Shown: positions 12,554 to 25,109 of the stretch, piece by piece | Layout: each line of letters opens with the position of its first letter | Position numbering within the stretch: position 1 is the first letter of the stretch | Assembly: GCF_963921235.1 (NCBI RefSeq) | Contig: NC_086097.1 | Span: forward strand, 37,202,001 to 37,266,000 | DNA: 64,000 bases | Source of the DNA: Mobula hypostoma | Taxonomy: Eukaryota | Direction: 5' to 3' | Made by a program: the position numbers and the translations under genes | Notes under the pieces: generated by a model | What the model was told of the DNA's origin: nothing | The model's input: only the letters and a program-made list of their open reading frames with translations | The model's database searches: none

Positions 12554-13527
12554 CTGTTAAAAAGGTAGACTTATTTCAGATTAATTTCTTTCATAAATTG
12601 TGAATAATTATTTCATTCTCAACACCAAAATGTGAATAATATCTCAGTATTTGTCAAATTAATTTGCAAGTTCAAAAATACAGCATTCCCACAGGTACAA
12701 ATACCCTCCTCATGTATTGGAATATTTAATGACTGAGTCATGGTATTGAGAAAGGTATTTCAGCAATGGTAGTAAAAAGAGCATAACACAGTCACTTCAA
12801 CAATGATGAAAATTTTAGTATTCCTTACAATCCTGTAATCACAAAGAGGATAGAAAACTATTTTTTCAAAAATATTACAGAATAGATTTTTTTTTAAATT
12901 TTCTACAATAAGATATCACATTTCCCAATATCGGTATATATCTGGTCATTCTTTGTCATGCAAGGCATTTGAAACATAGCATTAAAACATTTAAATTATT
13001 TTGAATCTATGGAATTAACACCTGCTTAAGTATGTTTATTTCAAATGAGGAAGAATTATTTGTGACCATATGATATAGTGCGCCAGAATGCCTCATCTAT
13101 TGCCAGCAGTCCCAAATGGAACTCTTGATGATCAGCTGTTGAAACTAATGTCCCCCAGTGCATTGAGAAACATGGAATTTTGAGATTTATTAACAGATTT
13201 GAAGGATTAATTCATTAGTTTACCCAGTCTTCATGGGATTCCCTAGCATTACACTAGGGAAATTGTCTCTCAGATCCTGTGCCAAATGTGACATGGTACA
13301 GGATCCCAGAACATGACAATGTCAATAAAATTTTGTTAGAAAAATTGTAGGAGGCAGTAGGAAACAATAATTTACTTTAAATTATTTTGGTTCACTTTAA
13401 TATTCTTAATTAACATATTTGTATTTAATTTTTTATGATATTATCAGTTTTATCTTTGAACTCTTTCCTTCCATCCATTACAGATACTTAAAAATGAACA
13501 ACAGCTTTTACAACAGGCAAAGGTTTG

Positions 13528-13776
13528 AGACATGTTTTGTAACTTTAAAACTTTAAACTGATTCAAAAGACAACACAGGAGTCTGAAATGTGTGCATAAC
13601 TTCGTGTTTACTTTAAGCAAGGTGCGAATGTTTCATGTGGCAGTGTGATGATGCGTGCAATTCATGTATTTATGCATATAACCTGTAATTAATTATTTAA
13701 ACAAACAAGGTTTAATCAAACAATATATATATTCACAAGATTGCTCAAGTATTACTTAGATATTAAATGCACAACA
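13528..13776. mobile_element. Short solo-LTR-like repeat (family also at 34745-34975)
   Basis: 5-bp TSD GTTTG (13523-13527, 13777-13781). Ends ACAACA and shares gttttgtaact...aaacaaaca...atattaa..acaac with 34745-34975. Confidence 0.6.
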
Positions 13777-14110
13777 GTTTGCCTCCAAGTTTTGTAGGTT
13801 ATCACAGCAATGCTGAGCTGAAGACTCTCTTGACAGAAGCAAATTTGGTAGTTCCTTTACCATCAGCGAAGTTGCTATTTTTTTTGCATCACAAGCAATA
13901 ATGCCATAGCAAGGAACACAACATAATATATATGTGGCTCATGAAAACAGTTGGTGGAAAAAGGGAAGTCTTATGTTTACATATGCAATGTATAACTCAT
14001 GGTATGTAACTAGACTTTCATGTTCTATCATTCAACTATATGATGTACACAGCTGAACGAAACATCATCCCTCTGGAGCTATGGGGCAAAACACAGTACA
14101 CATAGTCACA

Positions 14111-17100
14111 CCATAGAACCATAGAAACTACAGCACAGAAACAGGCCCTTTGGCCCTTCTTGACTGTGCCGAACCATTTTCTGCCTAGTCCCACTGACCT
14201 GCACACGGACCATATCCCTCCATACACCTCCCATCCATGTATCTGTCCAATTTATTCTTAAATGTTAAAAAAGAACCCACATTTACCACCTCGTCTGGCA
14301 GCTCATTCCATACTCCCACCACTCTCTGTGTGAAGAAGCCCCCCGCTAATGTTCCCTTTAAACTTTTCCCCCCTCACCCTTAATCCATGTCCTCTGGTTT
14401 TTTTCTCCCCTTGCCTCAGTGGAAAAAGCCTGCTTGCATTCACTCTATCTATACCCATCATAATTTTATATACCTCTATCAAATCTCCCCTCATTCTTCT
14501 ACGCTCCAGGGAATAATGTCCTAACCTATTCAACCCTTCTCTGTAACTGAGTTTCTCAAGTCCCGGCAACATCCTTGTAAACCTTCTCTGCACTCTTTCA
14601 ACCTTATTTATATCCTTCCTGTAATTTGGTGACCAAAACTGAACACAATACTCCAGATTCGGCCTCACCAATGCCTTATACAACCTCATCATAACATTCC
14701 AGCTCTTATACTCAATACTTCAATTAATAAAGGCCAGTGTACCAAAAGCTCTCTTTACGACCCTATCTACCTGTGACGACACTTTTAGGGAATTTTGTAT
14801 CTGTATTCCCAGATCCCTCCGTTCCACTGCACTCCTCAGTGCCTTACCATTAACCCTGTATGTTCTACGTTGGTTTGTCCTTCCAACGTGCAATACCTCA
14901 CACTTGTCAGTATTAAACTCCATCTGCCATTTTTCAGCCCATTTTTCCAGATGGTCCAAGTCCCTCTGCAGGCTCTGAAAACCTTCACTGTCTACTACAC
15001 CTCCAATCTTTGTATCATCAGCAAACTTGCTGATCCAATTTACCACATTATCATCCAGATCATTGATATAGATGACAAATAACAATGGACCCAGCACTGA
15101 TCCCTGTGGCACACCACTAGTCACAGGTCTCCACTCAGAGAAGCAATTCTCTACCACCACTCTCTGGCTTCTTCCATCGAGCCAATGTCTAATCCAATTT
15201 ACCACCTCTCCATGTATACCTAGCGACTGAATTTTCCTAACTAACCTCCCATGCGGGACCTTGTCAAAGGCCTTACTGAAGTCCATGTAGACAATATCCA
15301 CTGCCTTCCCTTCATCCACTTTCCTGGTAACCTCCTCAAAAAACTCCAACAGATTGGTCAAACATGACCTACCACGCACAAAGCCATGTTGACTATCCCT
15401 AATAAGCCCCTGTCTATCCAAATGCTTGTAGATTCTGTCTCTTAGTACTCCCTCCAATAACTTACCTACTACTGACATTAAACTCACCGGCCTATAATTT
15501 CCCGGATTACTTTTCCATCCTTTTTTAAACAACGGAACAACATGAGCCACTCTCCAATCCTCCAGCACTTCACCCGTAGACAGCGACATTTTAAATATTT
15601 CTGCCCGGGGCCCCCACAATTTCAACACTAGTCTCCTTCAAGGTCTGAGGGAACACTCTGGCAGGTCCCGGGGATTTATCCACTTTAATTTTCCTCAAGA
15701 CAGCAAGCACCTCCTCCTTTTCAATCTGTACAGTTTCCATGGTCTCACTACTTGATTCCCTCAATTCCATAGATTTCATGCCAGCTTCCTTAGTAAATAC
15801 AGACGCAAAAAACCTATTTAAGATCTCCCCCATTTCCTTTGGTTCCGCACAAAGCCGACCATTCTGATCTTCAAGAGGACCAATTTTATCCCTTACAATC
15901 CTTTTGCTCTTAATATACTTGTAAAAGCTCTTTGGATTATCCTTCACTTTGACTGCCGAGGCAACCCCACGTCTTCTTTTAGCCCTCCTGATTTCTTTCT
16001 TAAGTATTTTCTTGCACTTCTTATACTCCTCAAGCACCTGATTTACCCCGTTTCCTATACATTTCATACAACTCCCTCTTCTTCTTTATCAGAGTTGCAA
16101 TATCCCTTGAGAACCAAGGTTCCTTATTCCTATTCAATTTGCCTTTAATCCTAACAGGAACATACAAACTCTGCACTCTCAAAATTTCCCCTTTGAAGGC
16201 TTCCCACCTACCAATCACATCTTTGCCAGAGAACAACCTGTCCCAATCCACGCTTTTTAGATCCTTTCTCATTTCTTCAAATTTGGCCTTCTTCCAGTTC
16301 AGAACCTCAACCCGAGGACCAGATCTATCCTTGTCCATGATCAAATTGAAACTAATGGTGTTATGATCACTGGAACCAAAGTGCTCCCCTGCACAGACTT
16401 CTGTCACTTGCCCTAATTCGTTTCCTAACAGGGGATCCAATATTGCATCCCCTCTAGTTGGTCCCTCTCTATATTGATTTAGAAAACTTTCCTGAACACA
16501 TTTTACAAACTCTAAACCATCTAGACCCCTAACAGTATGGGAGTCCCAATCAATGTATGGAAAATTAAAATCCCCTACCACCACAACTTTATGTTTCCTG
16601 TAGTTCCCTGCTATCTCTCTGCAGATTTGCTCTTCCAAGTCTCGTTGACTATTGAGTGGTCTGTAATACAATCCCACTAATGTGGCCATACCTTTCCTGT
16701 TTCTCAGCTCCACCCATAAGGACTCAGTAGACAAGCCCTCTAATCTGTCCTGCCTGAGCACTGCTGTAATATTTTCCCTAACAAGCAATGCTACTCCCCC
16801 ACCTTTCATTCCTCTGCCTCGATCACATCTGAAACATCGGAACCCTGGAATATTAAGCTGCCAGTCCTGCCCCTCCTGTAGCCAAGTTTCACTAATTGCT
16901 ACAACATCATAATTCCACGTGTCAATCCACGCCCTCAACTCATCTGCCCTCCCCGCAATACTCCTAGCATTGAAATACATACACCTCAGAAGATTTTTAC
17001 CACCACTCACAACCTTTCTATCAGCAGATTTGCTTAAACTTTCAACATCATTTATTTTCACCCCAGCCACACTGTCAGCTCTGGCACTCTGGTTCCCATC

Positions 17101-18395
17101 CCCCTGCAAATCTAGTTTAAAGCCTCCTCAATAGCACTAACAAACCTCCCTGAAAGGATATTGGTCCCCCTGTGGTTCAAGTGTAACCCATCTCTCTTGT
17201 ACAGGTCCCACCTGCCCCAGAAGAGGTCCCAATGATCCTGAAATCTGAAACCCTGCCCCCTACACCAGTTCCTCAGCCACTTGTTCCTCCTCCAGAGCAT
17301 CCTATTCCTACCCTCACTGGCACCTAGCACAGGTAGCAATCCTGAGATTACCACCCTCGAGGTCCTGCTTTTCAACTTCCTACCAAGCTCTCTATACTCA
17401 CTGTCCAGGACCTCTTCACTCTTCCTTGCTATGTCATTGGTACCGATGTGCACCACGACATCTGGCTGATCACCCTCCCACTTCAGAATGTCATGCAATC
17501 AATCATTGACATCCTTGACCCTGGCACCTGGGAGGCAACAAACCATCCTGGATTCTCTGTCACGACCACAGAACCTTCTATCTGCACCTCTAACTATCGA
17601 GTCCCCTATCACTACCACTCTCCTCTTTCTCCCCCCTCCCTTCTGCACTGCAGAGCCAGACTCAGTGCCAGAGATCCGGCTACTGCAGCTAGTCCCAGGT
17701 AAGTCATCCCCCGCAACAGTATCCAATGCGGTATACTTGTTGTTGAGGTGAATGGCCACAGGGGAACCCTGCTCTGCCTGCCCTTTCCTCTTCCCTCGCC
17801 TGACAGTGACCCAATTTCCTGTCCTCTGCTCCTTTGGCGTAACTACCTCCCTGTAGCTACGATCTATAATCTCCTCATTCTCCCGAATGATCCGCAGGTC
17901 ATCCAGCTCCTGCTCCAGTTCCCTAACACGGTTTGTCAGGAGCTGCAGCTGGATGCACTTCTTGCAGGTGTCGTTGTCAGGGACACCGGAGGGCTCCCTG
18001 ACTTCCCACATCCTGCAAGAGGAGCATTCCAACATCCTGCCTGGCATTCTCACTGCACTAAACAATCTGAACAAAAAACTTACCGGAACCTACCCTGGCC
18101 TCTGCCTACTCTCGCTGAAGCCTGTTGAGCCAAAGCCGTCCCACTCTGACGATGGCCGCTACAACGATGGCCGCTGTATATGGTGGTCTGCTTTTTAAAC
18201 CTTGGCGCGCTACGTCACGCGCCTGCGCAGTGCAGACCCTTCTCCCCGAGCAGTGTTTAAAAAAAAACGACTTTTTTCTACCCGATTTCTTCACTCCTTC
18301 TCAGCTACTTGCTTCGACTGAAACAAGAACCATTGAAAATTTCTCTTTTTAAACCTTGGCGCGCTACGTCACTCCTTCTCAGCTGCTTGCTTCGA
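14111..18395 (-). mobile_element. Near full-length CR1 LINE: 5' UTR, ORF1 (Zn finger, coiled coil, SGNH esterase), ORF2 (APE endonuclease + RT), (TTCTATGG)n tail
   Basis: ORFs 17499..18074 and 17112..17498 (CSSC..CKKC, VVVIGDSIVRG, HIGTND, DGLHLN); 16030..17109 (NARS, SETWL, GDFN, SDH); 15591..16067; 14720..15628 ([16 protein letters not shown]); 14303..14692. Few disabling mutations. Confidence 0.97.
17112..18046 (-). pseudogene. CR1 ORF1 interrupted by one in-frame TGA at 17499-17501
   Basis: The two ORF-track segments abut in the same frame. GAT TGA TTG is consistent with CGA>TGA CpG decay. Confidence 0.85.
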
Positions 18396-19080
18396 GTGCA
18401 CACACAGCACATATAGTTATAATCCAGCACATACAGTCCGAGTGGCATGGCCTGAAGGCTGACAGAAAGTATAAGGAACATGCTTATGTAAGACAGACTG
18501 GCACTCTTATAGTAAAACAAACAGTAGTATAAATCTGTGAAACAGCAGCAATAAAAGATGGAAAATAACCAGTCCAGGATGAGAATGTGTCCATGAATTG
18601 ACGGGGTAGGGGGGGGCGTGGTGGCAGGCCATTCAGACAGTGTACATACGTGTGTGGTGGGTGGCAGTAGGGTGCTAAAAATTCTGACAGCCTAGGGAAG
18701 AAGCTGTTACCCAGCTTGACAGTTCTGGTTCTTACACTGCCATACCTTCTGCCTAATGGCATGTGGTCAAAGAGATTGTGGGCAGGATGGAAGGGGTCTT
18801 TGACAATGCTGAAGTCATTGAATATGCAATGCTTCTGATACATGCCCTGAATGGGGGGAGGGGGGAGCGAGACTCCAGTAATGTCCTCACTATCTGTTGC
18901 AGGGTCTAGCCATCTAATGCAATGCAATTCCTATACCAGATGATGATGCAGGTGGTCAAGACACTTTTGATGATGCTCCAATAAAACATGATGAGAATGG
19001 GTTGGGGGGGGGGGGTCTTGCTTGCCCGAGTCTCCTCAGGAAGTATAGGTGCTGCTGTGCTCTCTTTGCTAAAGACGTGG
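18396..19080 (-). mobile_element. Rex1/Babar-type LINE 3' fragment; its extreme 3' end appears at ~14010-14105, so the CR1 inserted into its 3' UTR
   Basis: ORF 18484..18927: IVKDPFHPAHNLFD.MPLGRRY..VRTRT..LGNSFFP. Confidence 0.8.
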
Positions 19081-19999
19081 TATTAAATAACTCAATAGCT
19101 AAAATTCTATGACAAAGTAAAAGACTTGGAAACCCCTCATCATCCTAAACCTACTTAAGTGAAAATCCACTGACAAGTGTACAGGAGCAAATAACTGGGC
19201 TGTAATTCTAATCAATTTCGGATTCATCAGCATGCCCACCTAAATGTTAATAACCATTATACACTCACAATGAGATAAGTTGTATCATATAAAAAACAAT
19301 GCAAACCTCAAAAAGAGCTATTTTTGTTTGATTAGATTGCAAATACAATTTTCCCAATTTAGAAGCCATAAGAAAATAGTAGTGGGTAGACTTCTGGAGA
19401 GTAAACTAGAAAAACACCATCTTCCTGGACTCAGCTTTATCATGAAGAATAAGCCGAAGAGTAACTCACCCTGTGGAATTAGTGAATGCCAAATTACCTT
19501 TCCGTTCGGCTCATTGTGATACAGAACCAATTTGTTGTCTTTGTTAATGCCCTGGAAGCTTCGGATAAAGGCAAAGAGAACTTTTACATTAATTTTGAAA
19601 AATATCCTGGACACCATTACAAAGTGGAACGACCTGATCTTTCTGAATAACTTCAATTTCAGTTTCAGGAAATGCAAATTCCACTGGCAAAGGAGAAGGA
19701 AAGGCGAACTCCAATGAAGTCCTTCTGTTACAGTATGGCCTCATCGTAATGAACAACCCATTTCAAAGTTCAAAGTAAATTTATTAACAAAGTACATACA
19801 TGTCACCATTACTGACTCTGAGATTCGTTTTCTTGCAGGCATACACCGCAAGTTCAAGGAACACACTGTTCTGAGCAGCTGACAATCGGAGATCTGAAGC
19901 AGGTTCACCAATTGAGTGGAAAAGGTATCGACTCAAGGCAGCTTGGTGTTCTGAGCAGATGCCAATCAGCATTCCGGATTGATTCGCAAGAACAAATTA

Positions 20000-21095
20000 A
20001 AATAAGGCAGGGGTAAGTGGAACAACTATTGTGGGAATGGACAGAGTTAGAGTAGGGATTTTGAGGCTTTAGCTCTTCAAGGCTTCAGCGTGGAGAGGCT
20101 TCAGTCAGAGGAAGTGAAAAGCCATAGGTAGATTTTTTTTCCCCCATGGTTTTCCCTTCTTTATATTTACTCACTTAGAACAGTACAGAGGGCAGGCAGG
20201 ATAGCTAAATGCTCCTCTTGCAAGACATGGGAAGGCAGGGAGACCTCCAGTGTCCCTGACGACTATACCTACACAAAATGCATCCAGCTGCAGCTTCTAA
20301 CACTCAGGGGGCTGGCAGGGAGGGTGATAGATAGAACATATAGAGAGGTATTTACACCCGAGGTGTAGGACACAGGAGTCTGGCTGACAGTCGGGAAGGG
20401 GAAAGGTATTAAACAGCCAGTTCAGAATACTCTAGTGGCCATCCCCCCTCAACAACAGGTATACCACTTTGGATGATGTTGTGAGTGATAACCTAGCAGA
20501 GAAAAGTCACAGTGGTCAGGTCTCTGGCTCTGTGACTCAGAGAAAAGAAGGGAGAAGAGGCGAGCTGTGGCGATAGGGGATTCATTGGTTGGGGAACAGA
20601 AAGAAGGTTCTGTGGACAAGATTCCTGGACGGTATGCTGCCTCCCAAGTGCAGGGTCCAGGACAACTCGGATCAAGTCCTCAGCATTCTTCAGTGGAAGA
20701 GTGAACAGCCAGAGGTCATGGTCCATGTAGGTACCAATGACATAGGTAGGAATACTGACAAGGTTCTGCAAAGTGAGTTCAGGGATTTAGGTGCTAAGTT
20801 AAAGGGCAGGATCTCCTGGATTGTGATCTCAGGATTGCTACTCAAACTATGTGCTAGTGAGGCCAGAAATAAGAAGATCACACATAGGTAAGGAGCTGGT
20901 GTAGGAGGGAGGATGTCAGATTTTTCAATCATTGGGCTCTCTTCCAGGGAAGGTGGGACTGGACCAGTACAGAAGAGACAGTTTTCACCTGAAATGGAAG
21001 GGGACTAATATCCTAGCAGGAAGGTTTGCTGGTGCTGCACCGAGGTGGGGTGGGGAGTGGTTTAAACTAGAATTGCAGGAGGATGGGAACCAGAG
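20000..21095 (+). mobile_element. Decayed CR1 5' portion (5' UTR, ORF1, ORF1/ORF2 junction)
   Basis: ORFs 20589..20891 (QPEVMVHVGTNDIG) and 20932..21117 (HLKWKGTNILAGRF...FKLELQEDGNQ). Confidence 0.85.
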
Positions 21096-22362
21096 ATGCT
21101 ATGACTCTAATCAATGAAAGACTGCACCCAACAGGTCAAAAAATCAATGTGCAAATGACAACAAACTGCAGCTGTAGCCAATAAACAGCATTCTGATGTA
21201 TGCGCCTTTGCTGTTCAGATATCCTAGCGTTGAGTGAAGAGCCAGTGAAATGGCAACTACTGTGGACCTGTTGTGATAACAGGAAAATTGGAGCAATAGT
21301 CATCGAGGCAGGTTACCACATTCTCCTCAGGCACCGGTATAACTGAAGGCAAGTTGAAGCAGGTGAGTAGCGCAGACTCCTGAAGTGAGAAGTTAAAGAC
21401 ATCAGTGAACACTCCAGCCAGTTGATCAGCACAGTTCTGTCTTACTTGGCCAGGTACTCTACCTGAGCCGAATGCTTCCCATGGGTTCACTTTCCTGAAG
21501 AACGCTCTCGTATTAGTCTCAAAGACTGAAATCACAGGGTCATCAGGGCTGTAAAAGTTTGTGAAGGTTCCTCCATGTTTGATGATGGAAGTGAGCTTAG
21601 AAGGCATTGAGCTCATCTGGAATAGTTGAACCATCTTTGCAAGAGGTAATAGCATTCAAGTCCTGCCACAGTTGTTGAGCATCCCCCAGTCTATAATTGG
21701 TCTGTAATTGCCACTTCGCACATGAGATGGCTTTCCAGAAATCATACCTGGACTGCTTGTACCTTACTTTGTTACTAGACTAGAACAGCATCTATCTGGC
21801 CATCAGCAGATTGCAGATCTCATGGTTCATCCAGGATTTCTGGTTGGGGAAGACTCTGAATTATTTTGTAGGGACAAACTCAGCTACGACTGTTCTCATG
21901 AAGTCCATGACAATATAGTGCCTTCATTCAACTCCTCTGATTAATCCTTGAACACGCCCACTCTACTGACTCGAAGGAATCTCAAAAGCACTGCTCTGCC
22001 TTCAGCAACCACCTCTTCATTGTCCTCATCACTGGAGCCTTGCTCTTTAGTCTCTGCCTGTGTGCAGGTAGGAGAAAGACAGCCAAGTAATCAGATTTCC
22101 CAAAATACTGTCTAGGCACATAAATGTAGGCATTTATAATCATGGTATAGCAGTGGTCTGATGCGTTGGGATCCCTGGTGCTGCAGGTTATATACTGATG
22201 ATAATTGGGCAGAGATTTCTTCAAATGGGGTGACCAGTTTCTAGTTTGGTGATGGCATCATTCAAAATCTTAACGTCAGCTTTTGATGGTATGTGAACTA
22301 TGGTCATGATCACAGAGGAGAAATCTCTTAGTAAGTAGAAGGATTGGCACTTAATTGTTAGA
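21095..22362 (-). mobile_element. Rex1/Babar-type LINE ORF fragments
   Basis: ORFs 21257..21655 (CADQLAGVFTDVFN.SL) and 21982..22224 (HCYT..FGKSDY). Confidence 0.8.
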
Positions 22363-22775
22363 TGTTCCAGGACAGGGAACAACAAGTCCAGCTGAAGAAA
22401 GAAGAACCTGATAGGAGAATGGAATCTGGGAGAAAAGGAAGGAGGAGGAGGACCAGACGAAGGTGGTGGCCAGGTGAGAAGAAGAGAATTGAGAGCCAGA
22501 CTGAGAAATGGAAAGAGAGAAAGAGAGGGGAGAAATTACTAGAGGTTAGAGAAATTAATGTTCATGCCATCAGATTGGAGGCTACCCAAACAGCATATGA
22601 GGCATTGCCCCTCCAATCTGACAGTGGCCTCATTATGGTAATAAAAGTGGCTATGACTGACACATTAGAATGGGAATTGGGAACTAGAATTAACTACCTA
22701 CTGGGAGAAGCCTGCCTGTTGGACGGAGCAAAGGTGCTCGACAAAGCAGTCTCCCTATCTAGGTCCGGTCACTGA
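22363..22775 (-). mobile_element. Decayed Penelope-like fragment
   Basis: atgttcatgccatcagattggaggctaccc motif shared with the other copies. Confidence 0.7.
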
Positions 22776-25109
22776 ACAGGGACATGAGCATAAAATTAAT
22801 ATTTCAATACTAGATAAACTAGAAAAGTAAAAAGTTAGTGGTACTAATAATAACCTTGAAAACATGTAGTAAAGATCAACCCAATGAATTTTTTTTTGAG
22901 ACATGGTTTCACATCGATCTCATTCATGCTCATTGCTGACCACAGGCTTAAAATGGAACAAACAATACAGCTCAGGAATAGGCCCACCATTAATACTGCA
23001 TCCCAAATTTCTCTCCCTGTTCATGTGGCCTCTTGAATGTGGCATTCAATTCCCTATCGCCTCCCTGGCAGAGTGCTGCAGGCACCTACCACTCTCTGCT
23101 TAAAATAAAACTTACTTCACACATCTCCTTTAAACTTTTCCCCTCTCGGCTTAAACCTCAACCCTTTAGTATTTGACATTTCCACCCTGGCGTACTCTAT
23201 CCCACTCATAATTTTATATAGTATTTGATCACCCCTTGACCTTCAATGCTCCAGTGAAAACGATCCAAGATTGTCAAAGTAATGCCAAGAACAGCATTTA
23301 CAATTTCCAGCAAACAAATCGATTCATTGAACCTCTGAAACTTTATTTTGGCTACAAGTTGGTATGGAAACAAAACTGCATACATATCTAAGTGACAAGC
23401 CAGACACAAATCTTCTTCCAATTTCCTACTTCTGGTTTGCCAATATGCTTGCTGCAGTAACAAGATTACAAACATCAGAAATTTTTGGAGAAATTTCTAA
23501 ACAATAGCTAACGTTGCCAGTTTCACCACTGCAGGAAACTCTGCATTGATTTTGCTATCTTCTACATTTGCACAATTTTGTCAAATTAACTTGTGGAATA
23601 TTATAATATGAATAATTCACACAATGTTTGTGGGAGATGGAGTAGAAAATACAATAACATCAAATTTAAAATCCCATTAAGTGGTTTCATCAAATTGTGG
23701 CAGACTTTAGCTCATATTCCAATCTCAAATGTTTCGCAAATCAACTCTGATCTAGATATTAATTTTAAGACCAAAGAACAAATTAGTTACAATGATAAAC
23801 AGAAACTGTACATATGGATTCCTACTGGGAAAGTTAAAATACTACCACATTTTGCTAAAAATGGATTATGATACCATAAGGCAAAAACAAAATTAAAAAT
23901 CATATAGTGCCTGTTCAACTTTCATCTTAGCTTCAGAACACATGCTTGATTTTGTAATGGGCTTGACATGTCCCACTGTACTCCATGAAACTATCCAGAT
24001 CTTGTAAATTGAATTAGTATTCTGGAATCCACAAGAAGTCGTCGTCTCAGGAATGTCTAGTAATCTAATACACTGTATACTAATATGTGAAGTTGCAATT
24101 CAATCACAGGGCAAATGTCTTCATCTCTAAAATACAATATTTAATGTATATTTCATTAAAGTTTCTGCTTTGCAATTCATATACAAGTGTGGTACTTTAA
24201 ACAAAGTTACATATACATCTATTCACTATCCATGAATGTCTTCAGTGGAAATGTACTCAAAGTCATATATTAGATTGTTTGGAGGGATTGAATTTCAACT
24301 CTTTTGACATAATAAATTGCAAGAGAATTGAAATAAGATTTTTATATGAAATTTCAAGGCTAGAATTTTAAAAAATAAGTGTGTCAACCTTAGCTGAACA
24401 AGTCCACAGTTCAATTTTTAAACAAAGTATTAAATAAGCCTTGACTTTGAAAGAATAAATGTAAAATTTAGACTAGTCCTTTCCCAACATAATTCATAAA
24501 ATAGTTAGGAAAGTTATCGCTTTGTCTGGTCACAGTACTAGCACTGGATATCAGGGAAAAAGCAAATTATGTAAGGCGGCATAAAACAGAATTTTATATA
24601 ATCAAAGCACACCAGCAGCATAGGCTTTGAATTTGTGTCACCACATCAATTCAAGTAAACCATCACTGAATAAGTAACTAAAATACCAAGCAACACTAAC
24701 CAGCACATGGATGAACAAATGACACACAAGGCAGACACACAAATTGCTGGAAGACCTCAGCAGGTCAGGCTGCATCTATGCAGGGAAATAAGCAATCAAT
24801 GTATCAGGTTGAGACCCTTCATCTGAACTGGAAACTCTAAAACCAATTTGAATCTTGGAAAGATTTTTACCTGGAGGATGATGATTTCAAATTCTGAGAA
24901 GAATAAGAACATGTTAGCAATAAGGACTAAATAAGACAGTACACAGATTTCCTCCATCCATTTTTTTTAAACTCTCAAACCAAAATTACTAAAAAAAAAA
25001 TAAAATTCACATGAATATCTTTAAATATTACTTTCACAATAAATAGACTTTAAATGGGCTTGCTCATATTCAAATTCTGGGCAAACTCAAAAGTAAAAAT
25101 CCTGAGCTT

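Noticed and set aside
14091..18420. 19-bp TSD for the near full-length CR1 (acacagtacacatagtcac vs acacagcacatatagttat)
   Set aside because: 4 of 19 mismatches is too many for such a young element. Better explained by internal repeats of the host Rex1/Babar 3' UTR.
19280..19717. Overlapping ORFs (79, 119 and 61 aa) as a novel gene
   Set aside because: No recognisable domain, no convincing splice structure and open on both strands. Treated as candidate non-coding element instead.
20932..21117. Natural in-frame ORF1-ORF2 fusion in this CR1 copy
   Set aside because: The frame continuity follows an indel-bearing G-rich stretch in a decayed copy. The better-preserved 17.1 kb copy has ORF2 in the -1 frame.
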